Source: Pyrinomonadaceae bacterium
GTDB lineage: Bacteria > Acidobacteriota > Blastocatellia > Pyrinomonadales > Pyrinomonadaceae
Direction: 5' to 3'
Assembly: GCA_041751855.1 (NCBI GenBank)
Contig: JBGSWR010000035.1
Coordinates: 42,187 to 106,186, forward strand
DNA: 64,000 nucleotides
Numbering within the stretch: position 1 is the stretch's first letter; each line of letters opens with the position of its first letter. Under the pieces are notes generated by a model, which was given only the letters and a program-made list of their open reading frames with translations, was not told where the DNA came from and did not search any database. A program made the translations under genes and the position numbers. Shown piece after piece: positions 17,479 to 27,202 of this stretch.

Positions 17479-17811
17479 ATGATTGATGCCGCTGAGAGAC
17501 GTGGGCCAGCGATCGAGCCGCGCCAGATAATGCAGGACGGCGATGCTGTCGTGCAGATCATCTGGGCTGACGAAAAAGTCTGTTCCTACAGGGCCCCTGA
17601 TCTCAGACGCGCGTGTCCCTGTGCCCAGTGCGTCAATGAGTGGACAGGCGAACGTGTTCTCAGGCCGGAAGCAGTCTCCGAAGATGTGATTCTGAAAGAC
17701 ATCAATCTGGTGGGGCGTTACGCTCTTAACTTCCGTTATAGCGACGGACACGAAACAGGTATATATAGCTTCCGATATTTACGTCAGTTGTGTGACGAAG
17801 GAAGGCATTAG
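17479..17811 (+). CDS. DUF971 domain protein
   Basis: Contains IIWADEKVCSYRAPDLRRACPCAQCVNEWTGERV...GRYALNFRYSDGHETGIYSFRYLRQLC, the typical DUF971 pattern. Confidence 0.75.
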   Translation: MIDAAERRGPAIEPRQIMQDGDAVVQIIWADEKVCSYRAPDLRRACPCAQCVNEWTGERVLRPEAVSEDVILKDINLVGRYALNFRYSDGHETGIYSFRYLRQLCDEGRH

Positions 17812-17865
17812 ATTCAACAAACTGAAACCTTTCGATATAAAGTCCGAGTTGGATTGGTTACGCTT

Positions 17866-18132
17866 ATGAACGAACGTGATTTCTTTAACGAAAAGGAAGA
17901 GGTCAAGAAGGCGACCTATAACTGTCCCCACTGCCGGCAGCGCGCGGAATATGATGTTCGGTGGATTAAACGAACTAAGAAGCAAGGGCCGCCCCGCGGT
18001 GCAAATGAGCAGGACCGCCTGCGCTTTCAAAAATCGCGTGACTACATGGTTCGAGTAGACGATCTCCTCGCCTGTAGAAGTTGTCGACGGCGATTTGACA
18101 TTCCGAGCTCGCAGTCCGTCGTTTTCATTTGA
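17866..18132 (+). CDS. small zinc-ribbon protein, hypothetical
   Basis: Two C-x2-C pairs (CPHCRQ ... CRSCRR). ORF 17854..18132; I chose ATG at 17866. Confidence 0.5.
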   Translation: MNERDFFNEKEEVKKATYNCPHCRQRAEYDVRWIKRTKKQGPPRGANEQDRLRFQKSRDYMVRVDDLLACRSCRRRFDIPSSQSVVFI

Positions 18133-18332
18133 ACCAGCACCAGAAACTTTCTAGCTTCATCGCTGTTGGCAGCCGCAAAATTCTTTCAACTGACAGACCG
18201 GCATTCTGGTATTAGGGCTCCAGAAGGGCCACCTACCTAAAAACGGGCCAAACTGGGGATTCAGTCTCTGGCCTCTGGCTTGCCAACGCCTCATTGCTGA
18301 TTAAAACCTGTTACTGTAAAGGCAAGCTGAGT

Positions 18333-19121
18333 ATGGAACCAGAGTTCGCCGGCGCCACCAAAACCAACTCATCGTTCTTATCGCCACTGGAACGTCGCCT
18401 TGCTCCAATAGTGCTGCCAGGAATTCCACGGTGGATTGAAACGTACCATCTGACGATGCTGACGCTCGTCTGGTCGCTGTCGATAATCCTGTTTAGCTAT
18501 CTGGCTGCCGGAAATATCATGTGGCTGGGAATGGTTTCTTTGATGATCGTTTTGCATTGGGTTACTGATTTCTTCGACGGAAAGCTTGGGAAGTACCGGC
18601 AGACCGGGTTGTTGAGATGGGGGTACTACATGGACCACCTGCTCGACTACGCGTTTCTCTGTTCAGTACTCATTGGTTATGGATTCATTTTGCCTGAGCA
18701 GTCGCGTTACCAACTCTTGTTTATGCTCGCGATCTTTGGCGCTTATGACATGAGCACGTTCCTGGCTTTTGCTACCACCAACCGGCTGAAGATCAGCTTT
18801 TTTAAGTTTGGTCCGACCGAATTCCGGCTAGCCCTGGTGGTTATCAACACCCTTGTAATGTTCTTCGGGACCCGCTACATGGTAGGCGGTTTGAAGTATG
18901 TAAATGTGGGAGCGGTTATCGGGCTATGTTTACTGGTTTATAAGACTCAGAGGACAATCTGGGCGCTTGATATGAAGAAGAAACGAGAAGCAGCGATGGA
19001 CTCACGGCCGGGAGATCTGGGGGAAACTGCGCAGTTACACCCAATTGGCCCTGTACTTTTAAGACCCAATTCACATCGAACCCAGTCTGATTATCAAACA
19101 CCAAACCCATCACAGGCTTAG
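18333..19121 (+). CDS. CDP-alcohol phosphatidyltransferase family membrane protein
   Basis: Contains DFFDGKLGKYRQTGLLRWGYYMDHLLD, a D-x2-DG...D-x3-D type motif. Multiple TM segments are present. Confidence 0.65.
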   Translation: MEPEFAGATKTNSSFLSPLERRLAPIVLPGIPRWIETYHLTMLTLVWSLSIILFSYLAAGNIMWLGMVSLMIVLHWVTDFFDGKLGKYRQTGLLRWGYYMDHLLDYAFLCSVLIGYGFILPEQSRYQLLFMLAIFGAYDMSTFLAFATTNRLKISFFKFGPTEFRLALVVINTLVMFFGTRYMVGGLKYVNVGAVIGLCLLVYKTQRTIWALDMKKKREAAMDSRPGDLGETAQLHPIGPVLLRPNSHRTQSDYQTPNPSQA

Positions 19122-19281
19122 GTATCCCTCCAATTTTGGGGATATTCAGGGCGAGGCAGGGTTCTGGCCCTTTGTTTGCAAGTCATACTGGCGGAATTCG
19201 TTCTAGTCTTAAGAATCTCGGAACTCTCTCAAACAGAAATCGTTTGATATGGAAAGCAATTAATTTAAGCGAGCAATAATC

Positions 19282-19485
19282 ATGAACGAGAAAAAAACAG
19301 TTCGAGTAATCAAAAAAGATGAGCGGGGCAGAAAAGAACCCGCGGCGCCCAAACCAAATACCGCGCGCGATATGGTACAGACGGTCACCAATTGGGTAGA
19401 TGAATTCAAGCAACGGCGTCGCACGGAAACTGCTGTGGCCATCAAGACATTTCTATCGGAAACTCCTCGCCCCAACGAAGCCTAG
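19282..19485 (+). CDS. small basic hypothetical protein
   Basis: 67-aa ORF rich in K and R. There is no clear SD sequence. Confidence 0.3.
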   Translation: MNEKKTVRVIKKDERGRKEPAAPKPNTARDMVQTVTNWVDEFKQRRRTETAVAIKTFLSETPRPNEA

Positions 19486-19658
19486 GCATCTTCACTCCCC
19501 CTTGCCGGCTCTCCCAATCGAAAATCAAGTTCTAGAAGTGATGCGTATCGTCTCCGCTGCAAACCGGCGTGAGACCATGTTATTGACAGTGGCGCGACCC
19601 GGCGCTAGCATTTATTAACCCCCGCTGGCGTGATCATCTGAACACGGGACGGCTGAAG

Positions 19659-19856
19659 ATGGCAAAAGGATCCACAACCAGGAAAGCCGGTAAAGCTCAA
19701 GTGCGCCCTCTTTTCGATAGCATCCGAAAACCTGCGGCGCGGCCGGGGCACCCGCTAAGTGAGGCCAAACCTGCAGACAAAGCGCGGCCAGCCGGGCGTA
19801 AGGCAAAACATAAGCGCAGGTCAGAAGAGGCCTTTGAACGGGAATCCGCCGATTGA
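19659..19856 (+). CDS. small basic hypothetical protein
   Basis: 65-aa ORF rich in K, R, A and P, likely disordered. The SD sequence is weak. Confidence 0.3.
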   Translation: MAKGSTTRKAGKAQVRPLFDSIRKPAARPGHPLSEAKPADKARPAGRKAKHKRRSEEAFERESAD

Positions 19857-19895
19857 TAGGCGCAGTATCAAGCCTCTGTTTAGTCATCACGTGAC

Positions 19896-20459
19896 GTGAC
19901 GCCTTCATCTAACTTACCGTCACAGGAAGTCGTCCGGGCTTTTCTGGCCCATGCCCGACAACTGCTTACTCAAGAGTATCTCGGAAAAATTGATCGCTGC
20001 CTTGAGCAGCTTTCTGACGAACAGGTGTGGTGGCGGCCAAATCAGGAGTGCAACAGCATTGGAAATCTGTTGCTTCATCTGGCCGGAAACGTGCGCCAGT
20101 GGATCGTCTGTGGCCTGGGCAGGGCGCCCGATCAACGCCAGCGTCAGGAAGAATTTGATGAGCGGTCAATGATTTCACACCGAGAATTGCTTGCCCGTCT
20201 GAAAAGCACATTGGCAGAGGCGGAGCAGGTGCTGACCCAGTTCGATGCAAAACAGATTCTCGAGCGTCGGACAATCCAGGGGATGGACGTGACAGCGCTC
20301 GAAGCGATCTTCCACGTGACGGAGCATTTTTCGATGCACACCGGACAGATAATTTTGCTTACGAAGTTGTTGACGAGAAAAGACCTCGAGTTCTATGACT
20401 TTTCCACTGGAGTGCCCGTCCACACCTGGAGCAAAACGTACAGGCGTAAGGATTCCTGA
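19896..20459 (+). CDS. DinB-superfamily protein (DUF1572-like)
   Basis: Contains NSIGNLLLHLAGNVRQWI ... HVTEHFSMHTGQIILLTK, the His-containing helices typical of DinB-fold proteins. Confidence 0.7.
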   Translation: MTPSSNLPSQEVVRAFLAHARQLLTQEYLGKIDRCLEQLSDEQVWWRPNQECNSIGNLLLHLAGNVRQWIVCGLGRAPDQRQRQEEFDERSMISHRELLARLKSTLAEAEQVLTQFDAKQILERRTIQGMDVTALEAIFHVTEHFSMHTGQIILLTKLLTRKDLEFYDFSTGVPVHTWSKTYRRKDS

Positions 20460-20642
20460 TACCTCTGGATAGTGGGTTTCCATTAGTCCTTTGACATTAT
20501 TTGACATAATCTTTTCTCATCTTTTGAAACTCGGCGATTAATGCTTAATATAGGGTTTGCGAGCTTTTGTTAGCCCCGGGTTAGGGAAAATTTCTCGATT
20601 GCAAAGCCCGGTGCATCTCAGGTCCCAGAGGAGGTCATCTGA

Positions 20643-20921
20643 ATGACTTACGTCGTTGCCGAACCATGTGTGAACTGCCGTTATACGGATTGCGCGCTGG
20701 TTTGCCCGGTTGAGGCTTTTCACCTTGATGACGATATGCTGGTTATTCACCCAGAGACCTGCATAGATTGCGACGCGTGTGTTCCCGAATGTCCTGTCGA
20801 GGCAATTTTTGCCGAGGACAAGGTTCCATCGGAATGGGCACAATTTACGCAGATGAATGCCGAGAGAGCTCTAAGCGGACTGCCGACCATAATGGCGCGG
20901 CTCGATCCGCTCTGCGAATAA
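20643..20921 (+). CDS. fdxA: 7Fe-type ferredoxin
   Basis: Contains CVNCRYTDCALVCPVEAF...VIHPETCIDCDACVPECPVEAI, which matches the FdxA 3Fe-4S/4Fe-4S cysteine spacing. Confidence 0.9.
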   Translation: MTYVVAEPCVNCRYTDCALVCPVEAFHLDDDMLVIHPETCIDCDACVPECPVEAIFAEDKVPSEWAQFTQMNAERALSGLPTIMARLDPLCE

Positions 20922-20929
20922 CACTATCA

Positions 20930-21229
20930 ATGAAAAAGGGCACAATTCGTCTACTGGGCGCTGTGGCGTTGGCCGCCGGAGCGATTGGTGCGGCCAGCGC
21001 ATTCTTTACAAAAAAGAAGAACATGGGGAAAAGAAAACAAAGATCGTCAGGGACTGGTGATGTATGGGCACGACCAGGTATGCAAGTAACTTTTAGAGCC
21101 GAGTTGATGCCCGGACGGGAGCCTGACGAGCGAACCTATCGGGTCAAAGAGATTCTGTCCAGCGGGCGCGTTCTACTGGATGAAGTAGCAGGCGAACACG
21201 CGGAAGGAGAGTTTGAACCCGTTCAGTAA
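20930..21229 (+). CDS. small membrane-anchored hypothetical protein
   Basis: Internal ATG at 20930 of ORF 20768..21229. The product begins MKKGTIRLLGAVALAAGAIGAASAFF and continues into a soluble tail. Confidence 0.5.
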   Translation: MKKGTIRLLGAVALAAGAIGAASAFFTKKKNMGKRKQRSSGTGDVWARPGMQVTFRAELMPGREPDERTYRVKEILSSGRVLLDEVAGEHAEGEFEPVQ

Positions 21230-21251
21230 ACCCCGACCTCACAAGTCAGTT

Positions 21252-22028
21252 TCACCACGAGTAGGTTTCACCCGGTTCCATCACCCTCAGCCCCGAAATT
21301 TTTAGCTCGTTTAGTTCCGCGATGACTTTGTCGCGGTAGGTGGGCTTGATGTGTACTGCCATAATATCAATCCCATTATGGTTGAGTTTCTGCAACTCCT
21401 GCTGGAGCGACGCCGGCGTAAAGTGGCGCGAGACGTCTGCGAGTTTTGCCATGGAGTTCGGAAAAGATGCTTCTATCAGAAGAGCGTCTATCTTCCTGAC
21501 GCGGTTGACAACGTCCCAGAACTCCTGCGTCTGCGCAGTGTCAGAACTGAAGGCTACGGTTGTTGACGAATCTGAGACAATCAGCCCAACGGTCGGCACA
21601 ATGTGATTGACAGGGATTGCGATCACGTTTAAATGGGCCACCTTAAAGTCCTGTCTCAGCGGTATCGGCACGTATTCCATCACTAGGCCATAGTCGTTCT
21701 TCAAACCGGAAAATCGCGGATAGACGTTCCAGTTAAAGACGTCACGCTCGAGCAACTCGATGACCTCGGATGTGGCATGGACCTTAATAGGGCTCTTCAG
21801 TGTTGGATAAAGATCGTCGATGAAGATTGGCAAGCTGGCTATATGGTCCATATGAGGGTGAGTAACGATGATGTCCCTGACCTGTTCACGTTGGGCGCTG
21901 GTGAGGGCAATGGCGAGGCTGCCGGCATCCACCGCGACGCAATCGTCAATCAGAAAGCATGTCAGACGTTGCTCAAGGGTTGCGCGGCCGTGGCCGTCAA
22001 ACGTGCTTGGTAAGAGTTGGATTCTCAC
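21252..22028 (-). CDS. MBL-fold metallo-hydrolase (class II cyclic-nucleotide phosphodiesterase-like)
   Basis: Contains the H-x-H-x-D-H motif (VTHPHMDHIASL). It is 258 aa. The sub-family assignment is tentative. Confidence 0.65.
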   Translation of the reverse strand: MRIQLLPSTFDGHGRATLEQRLTCFLIDDCVAVDAGSLAIALTSAQREQVRDIIVTHPHMDHIASLPIFIDDLYPTLKSPIKVHATSEVIELLERDVFNWNVYPRFSGLKNDYGLVMEYVPIPLRQDFKVAHLNVIAIPVNHIVPTVGLIVSDSSTTVAFSSDTAQTQEFWDVVNRVRKIDALLIEASFPNSMAKLADVSRHFTPASLQQELQKLNHNGIDIMAVHIKPTYRDKVIAELNELKISGLRVMEPGETYSW

Positions 22029-22119
22029 GTTTAGCTCGGATGGAAATGATCTTCGTTCGGGCCGAGGCTAGTATAAGCCAAGCCTGAGCCAGGCCGCGAA
22101 CTTAGTTCGTCCACCCCGT

Positions 22120-23292
22120 TCAGGTCAAGCGCAATCTTTTTTGCAGATCCCTTAGCGCTTGCTGGTAGGCCACCTCCCGGTCCTCACCTGATTCTCCTTT
22201 AGGCAGAATACCTCGAGCTACGCGGTTCCGATGGAACGCCAGTTCGCTGGCCATTTGGTTAAACTGCATGCAGGCGCGCCAAGTTGCTACTCCGCCCCGG
22301 GAAAAGGCGCTGTAAGAAGCTCCCATGCGGCCCCGCACTGTACATACTTGATTGTATTCTGCCGGCGTCAAAAAACCGTCGTGTAGATCAGCCATAAGAA
22401 ACTCTCGCACCATTCGACCCTCACGCCGGAGCGCCAGAAAGATAACCAGAATCATGATGAAGAATGCGGGAACCATCACACCAAAGTAGGTGAGGATAAA
22501 GACTAGCCCACCTCCCAGCACTGCGGAACCATTCCAGATTGCATGCAGTAAGATAGCCGCCAGCAGCCCCACAATCGGTGTGGCAATCTTGACAAGCATG
22601 TTGTGCGAGTGGCCTGCGAGCCCCAGTCCGATCCCCACCATACTGGTGAAGAGCGGATGAGAGAATGGAGCCATCATGCCACGAATGACGAAGATTACAG
22701 TCAAACCACCGCCACCACCTTGAAGCGCCGCGCGTCCGTAGTACTGGATGTTTTCGGTCATTGCGAATCCAAGACCCACCATTGCAGCATAGACTATTCC
22801 ATCGACTACCCCGTCAAACTCATCCCTCTTGGCAAAAAAGAAGATGAAGAGAATAACCGCCTTCGCGCATTCCTCTACGATCGGAGCTGAGATCACCGCA
22901 CCAAACGCTTCGCCTGCTTCCAGGCTATCAGTTAAGGCGTACACAACCACGCCACTAGCCGTGTTTATTAAGTAGGCAAAAAAGACAGCAACCAGAGCCC
23001 CCCAAAAGAAAGCAGTGAGAAGCATCCAAAGCGGTTCAGATTCATATCGGTCGATCCAGAGCACGAGAATCACATACATGGGAACCGGAAGCGTAGCTGC
23101 TACCAGTCCAATCAAGAGCGCTACTGGACCGGTTTCGACTCCAATCAGGAACAGCACAATGAGCCCCAGTAAGAGAGCGATCAGGATTGCCGTGATTCCC
23201 AAAACGATGTTGATGGCGCTGCGGCTCCGGGATTGGCCAATTGAGATGGTCGTCGCAAGACTTGCCGGCGTCTGGTTCGGTGAATTCATCAT
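22120..23292 (-). CDS. PrsW-family intramembrane metalloprotease
   Basis: Multi-pass membrane protein with an E-E-x3-K motif (PIVEECAKAV) and H-x3-N (LHAIWNG). A cytoplasmic C-terminal extension of about 100 aa follows. Confidence 0.75.
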   Translation of the reverse strand: MMNSPNQTPASLATTISIGQSRSRSAINIVLGITAILIALLLGLIVLFLIGVETGPVALLIGLVAATLPVPMYVILVLWIDRYESEPLWMLLTAFFWGALVAVFFAYLINTASGVVVYALTDSLEAGEAFGAVISAPIVEECAKAVILFIFFFAKRDEFDGVVDGIVYAAMVGLGFAMTENIQYYGRAALQGGGGGLTVIFVIRGMMAPFSHPLFTSMVGIGLGLAGHSHNMLVKIATPIVGLLAAILLHAIWNGSAVLGGGLVFILTYFGVMVPAFFIMILVIFLALRREGRMVREFLMADLHDGFLTPAEYNQVCTVRGRMGASYSAFSRGGVATWRACMQFNQMASELAFHRNRVARGILPKGESGEDREVAYQQALRDLQKRLRLT

Positions 23293-23426
23293 TACTCAGA
23301 AGCTCCGTGCACACACTATGTGGAAAAGTCGGACTGGCTCTCGTCAGATTGTCGGGAATAATGCCTCAAATATATCGAGGTTGAAAACAGTTTGCATAGC
23401 GTTCTAATAAGGACTGTGGTCTGTTC

Positions 23427-24200
23427 CTAGCGAGCACAGGTCAATGCCCGACCCCCATCGATGGAATACGTAGCCCCTGTGATCCATGAAGCTCGTTCAG
23501 ACGCGAGAAAGAAGATCAGTTCTGCTATCTCTGTTGGCTCACCCACTCGGCCGAGCGGATGGGTCTGAGTAGATCGCTCCAGGAAGGCCGCGTATTGCTC
23601 GTCACTCATCCCGCCACGTTTATGAATCTCGGTAACGACGACGCCAGGGTTTACAGCATTAACCCGAACCCCCTTCCCAGCCAACTCAAGGGCTGCGCAC
23701 CGCGTTAGCTGGTCCACTCCCGCTTTCGAAACACAGTAGGCGAGGACGCCCGGGAATGAGCGCAGACCCGTTACACTTGACACGTTAATGATGTTGCCGC
23801 GTCTTTCAACAATGCTTGGAAGGGCCAGTTGAGTGATCATGAAAACCGCTCGCAGATTTATGTTGAGCATGGCATCCCACGCCTCCAGCGAGGTGTCCTC
23901 GATTGTGCCTGAAGCTATGTGCCCGGCTGCATTTACAAGCACATCAATCCCGCCCAGTTGCGTTAGAGTTTCCGAAACGGCGGTCATTGCCTCTTTCTCA
24001 ATCGCCAGATTCGCCCGGACAGGTACCGCGTTCCCGCCTTGTTCACCGATTTCGGTGGTAATCCTCGACAGGGCATTCTCGTCACGTCCGACGGCCGCGA
24101 TTGTTGCTCCAGCGCCTGCGAAGCGAAGGGCTGTGGCCCGACCAATGCCTGATGTCGCTCCGGTAATCAGCACGACCTTTTCGTGGAATTCGGATTCCAT
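23427..24200 (-). CDS. SDR-family oxidoreductase (FabG-like)
   Basis: Contains ITGATSGIGRATA (TGxxxGxG), NAAG and YCVSKAG (YxxxK). Confidence 0.85.
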   Translation of the reverse strand: MESEFHEKVVLITGATSGIGRATALRFAGAGATIAAVGRDENALSRITTEIGEQGGNAVPVRANLAIEKEAMTAVSETLTQLGGIDVLVNAAGHIASGTIEDTSLEAWDAMLNINLRAVFMITQLALPSIVERRGNIINVSSVTGLRSFPGVLAYCVSKAGVDQLTRCAALELAGKGVRVNAVNPGVVVTEIHKRGGMSDEQYAAFLERSTQTHPLGRVGEPTEIAELIFFLASERASWITGATYSIDGGRALTCAR

Positions 24201-24296
24201 GGTTGGTTCCCCCTGCGTAAATTCAGGTCGAACTTGCTCAATTAGTTGTATATTGACAGAGACCGCATAAAAAGTTGACTATTACGCCGTTAATTC

Positions 24297-25406
24297 TTGT
24301 GGAAATCAAGAATTATCCGTCGCTTGCCTGGCCGAACGGATCGGTCCCATCACATTTTGAGACATCCCCCTGGAAAGGAAAGGCCTTTGGACAAGAACTC
24401 AGCAGATCAGTTCTTTCCTCGCACAGCGCGGTCTACCTCGCGCCATAACGCTGGTGCCCGAAGGCGATCAACTCGGCCGCGCACTCCCTCGAGTAAGAGT
24501 TACCTGTTAGGGGCGGTTGCTGTCGCCACTGGTCTGTTCATTGGCCTTTGGTGGCTCCTTGTTAGCGGTGGAGACGAGGCCCCGTGGGTGGCTGCGGGAC
24601 TTGCCGCAAGTGTGGTATTGCTTGTGGCTCTCTCGGCGCGCGAGGTCGTCATGCGCCGGGCCTGGACCCGATACTTGTTGGACCAGGACGGTCGCGAGCA
24701 CCCGAGTCACGAAGCCGGTTCCCATGCCGGGCGTGCAGCCAAGTCCTTCTCTTCCTCCATTCATTCATCAACTCTGCGGGTGCTTCAGCAGAAATCAACC
24801 GAGTTGGATTCGCCCGGCTCCTCTTATGAGAGCCATCTGGAGCTATTTCATCTTTGTACGGACTACCTTGCAAGCACTGAAGAGTCGCTCCGCTTCAATA
24901 GCCTTTCTGCCGAGCAAAGAATCACCATCCGTGCGGGCCAGGAACGTGTAAAAGCGCTTCAGAAACATCACCTACTGACATGGGCGCGAGATGCTTCGCG
25001 GGCGATGACGCGTGAAGCGCAACAGCGCGCTCGGATCACTGATAAGATCGAAACCGCCAACCGTGCCCTCGAGTGCCTCGACAGGGCGTTGAAATATTTT
25101 CCCGATGATCCCGAAGTCAATGCATCAAAGGTTGCCGTTAGGGAGTTCATTGCCTCAGTTAAAGTGGCCCATTGGGTTGAGTTGGCTGAACGCTCAGCTT
25201 TCAAAGGCCATTACCGGCGCGCGATTTTAAGGTATCAGGATGCCCTTTTCTACTTGCTTCGAGAGAGCGTCAAAGATGAAGTAAAGATTGCGGGCGCTGA
25301 CCGCATTGGCCGGGAGATACGCATCTTGCGAGCTCGCTTGGCTGCTGTTGTCGAACCGGAGGGTTCGAAAGGCGGGGAGAGAAAGGTTGGCGGCAACAAG
25401 CACTAG
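24297..25406 (+). CDS. hypothetical membrane protein
   Basis: Basic N-terminus, two TM segments (LLGAVAVATGLFIGLWWLLV and WVAAGLAASVVLLVALSA), then a helical C-terminal region. The start is uncertain (TTG at 24297 or TTG at 24387). Confidence 0.5.
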   Translation: MWKSRIIRRLPGRTDRSHHILRHPPGKERPLDKNSADQFFPRTARSTSRHNAGARRRSTRPRTPSSKSYLLGAVAVATGLFIGLWWLLVSGGDEAPWVAAGLAASVVLLVALSAREVVMRRAWTRYLLDQDGREHPSHEAGSHAGRAAKSFSSSIHSSTLRVLQQKSTELDSPGSSYESHLELFHLCTDYLASTEESLRFNSLSAEQRITIRAGQERVKALQKHHLLTWARDASRAMTREAQQRARITDKIETANRALECLDRALKYFPDDPEVNASKVAVREFIASVKVAHWVELAERSAFKGHYRRAILRYQDALFYLLRESVKDEVKIAGADRIGREIRILRARLAAVVEPEGSKGGERKVGGNKH

Positions 25407-25417
25407 AGCTACTGGTC

Positions 25418-25645
25418 GTGATTTCACAACGTTGTCCAAAGTGTGGCAGTTCGCGTATTCGAGGCGGCTACAGACAGTTGCCTCTGATAGTAAGGCTGTT
25501 TGGCATTCATAATCTTTTGTGCGATCATTGCAACTTCTTGTTCACGGGGTTTGCGATACCAGGTACAGTAAGAAGACACGGGCGAAAACGCGGTCCCCAA
25601 AAGGAAGTGACAAAACCGCCTGATGTCGAACCGAAAGCAGGCTAA
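25418..25645 (+). CDS. small zinc-ribbon protein, hypothetical
   Basis: Contains CPKCGS...CDHCN (two C-x2-C pairs) and a basic tail. It is 75 aa. Confidence 0.4.
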   Translation: MISQRCPKCGSSRIRGGYRQLPLIVRLFGIHNLLCDHCNFLFTGFAIPGTVRRHGRKRGPQKEVTKPPDVEPKAG

Positions 25646-25709
25646 AGGAAGCCATTCTCCCAAATTCCCCCGGCAAATGATTGTGTTCTTCTCACTTAAG
25701 GTTCCTTTT

Positions 25710-26759
25710 ATGAAATCAATTAAACTTATGCTGCTGGCGGTCCTGTGCTGTCTGATTGCGGCGTCCGGAGTTCACGCTCAACAAACCGAACAGTCACCTG
25801 GTCCTGGTCCCAATTTGCAACAACCTGCCTCTGTCGATAGTCATGGAATCAAGAATTATCTTCTTGGTCCTGGCGACCTTTTGGACGTCAGGGTGTTTGC
25901 ACAGCCGGACTTGAATGCCATTGCCGAAATCGACAGCGACGGAAACATCAGCTCACTGCCGTTTCTAGAGATGCCAATTCCCGCAAGATGCCGCACCGAG
26001 AAGGAAGTGCAGAAGGATATCGCCGCCGCTTACGGAAAGTATCTCAAGAACCCGCAGGTGAGTGTGCGAATAACTGAGCGAAAAAGCCGGCAGCCGGCTA
26101 CGGTCTTTGGCGCTGTTCGCCAGCCGATCCGGATTCAGATGCAGCGGCAGGTTAGGCTCAATGAATTGATGGCCGCATCCGGAGGATTTACCGAGCGTGC
26201 GGCAGGCACGATTCAGATTCTTCACACTGAACCTGTGATGTGCCCGGGGCCCGGTGAAGAGGAGCAGGCCGCACCTATTGATGGGACCAGCGTTCCGTTT
26301 AAGGTGATCAAGATTTCAGAACTTCGCGCGGGTAAGCCTGAAGCGAATCCAATCATCCGGCCAGGCGACTACGTCATGGTGACAGAGGCCGAGCCTATAT
26401 ATGTCACAGGTAGCGTACACTCTCCGCAGGGCGTCTACATGCGGGATCAGCTAACCTTAAGCAGGGCCCTTGCAATGGTGGGTGGTGTGAAAAGGGAGGC
26501 GAAAACCAACGACATCAGAATCTATCGTCAAAAGCCAGGCTCTCCGGATCAGGAAACCATTACTGTGGATCTGGTAGCAATCAAAAAGAACCAGAAGCCG
26601 GATGTACTGTTGCAACCTTATGACGTGATCGAAGTGCCTGAAGCTGGCATGCTTTCCAGCCAGCGAATTGGGTCAACACTGCTCAGCGCAGTTACCGGGG
26701 GACTTGGCAACATGTTCACCACCATGGGTGGAGCGATCCCTACGAGGGTAATCTATTAG
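25710..26759 (+). CDS. polysaccharide export protein (Wza/OPX-like, Poly_export + SLBB)
   Basis: ATG at 25710 with signal peptide MKSIKLMLLAVLCCLIAASGVHAQ. Contains YLLGPGDLLDVRVF...DSDGNISLPFL and SLBB-like blocks (RPGDYVMV, QPYDVIEVP). Confidence 0.8.
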   Translation: MKSIKLMLLAVLCCLIAASGVHAQQTEQSPGPGPNLQQPASVDSHGIKNYLLGPGDLLDVRVFAQPDLNAIAEIDSDGNISSLPFLEMPIPARCRTEKEVQKDIAAAYGKYLKNPQVSVRITERKSRQPATVFGAVRQPIRIQMQRQVRLNELMAASGGFTERAAGTIQILHTEPVMCPGPGEEEQAAPIDGTSVPFKVIKISELRAGKPEANPIIRPGDYVMVTEAEPIYVTGSVHSPQGVYMRDQLTLSRALAMVGGVKREAKTNDIRIYRQKPGSPDQETITVDLVAIKKNQKPDVLLQPYDVIEVPEAGMLSSQRIGSTLLSAVTGGLGNMFTTMGGAIPTRVIY

Positions 26760-26810
26760 CTGACGCGCATCGGATAGTTTTGAAAGAATTCAGAGAGCTT
26801 AAAGAGAGGG

Positions 26811-27080
26811 TTGATGAAGAATACAGGACGTCAGCGCAGAAAACTGTTTACATATGGTTGGATTGCGGCAATAGCAATTACGGTTACCGTTTTGATTTAC
26901 TGGGAGCTGACTGCCGTGCTTTACATTCTCGCGACGCTTGGCGTTACGGGACTATTGATCGTAGTAGCTTTTGACGACTTTGGTCCAGACAGTAGACCAT
27001 CAAATCAGATTATCAATATCGATGACGCCGCCGCGATTGGAAGCGGAATTAGTTCGTCGGTTCCGAAAAAACAACTCTAG
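26811..27080 (+). CDS. small membrane protein, hypothetical
   Basis: Two TM segments (YGWIAAIAITVTVLIYW and VLYILATLGVTGLLIVVAF). It lies just downstream of the export gene. Confidence 0.45.
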   Translation: MMKNTGRQRRKLFTYGWIAAIAITVTVLIYWELTAVLYILATLGVTGLLIVVAFDDFGPDSRPSNQIINIDDAAAIGSGISSSVPKKQL

Positions 27081-27167
27081 TTTAGTACTAAAATGCCTTG
27101 CGTCTCACTGTATGAAACCGTGCTGTTAATTTGCGCGGTTTTTCGCCGACTTTAATTGTAGAAGCGG

Positions 27168-27196
27168 TTGAAAGTTTAAGCAGACTGTTGCATAAT
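27168..27196 (+). promoter_or_regulatory. sigma-70-like promoter (TTGAAA-17 nt-CATAAT)
   Basis: TTGAAA at 27168-27173, a 17-nt spacer, and CATAAT at 27191-27196. The same tgCATAAT form of the -10 element occurs upstream of the HDAC gene at 36409. Confidence 0.4.
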
Positions 27197-27202
27197 CCGG
27201 CT

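Noticed and set aside
20768-20929. The long N-terminal extension of ORF 20768..21229.
   Set aside because: The extension overlaps the fdxA coding sequence in another frame. The internal ATG at 20930 gives a sensible membrane-anchored N-terminus right after the fdxA stop.
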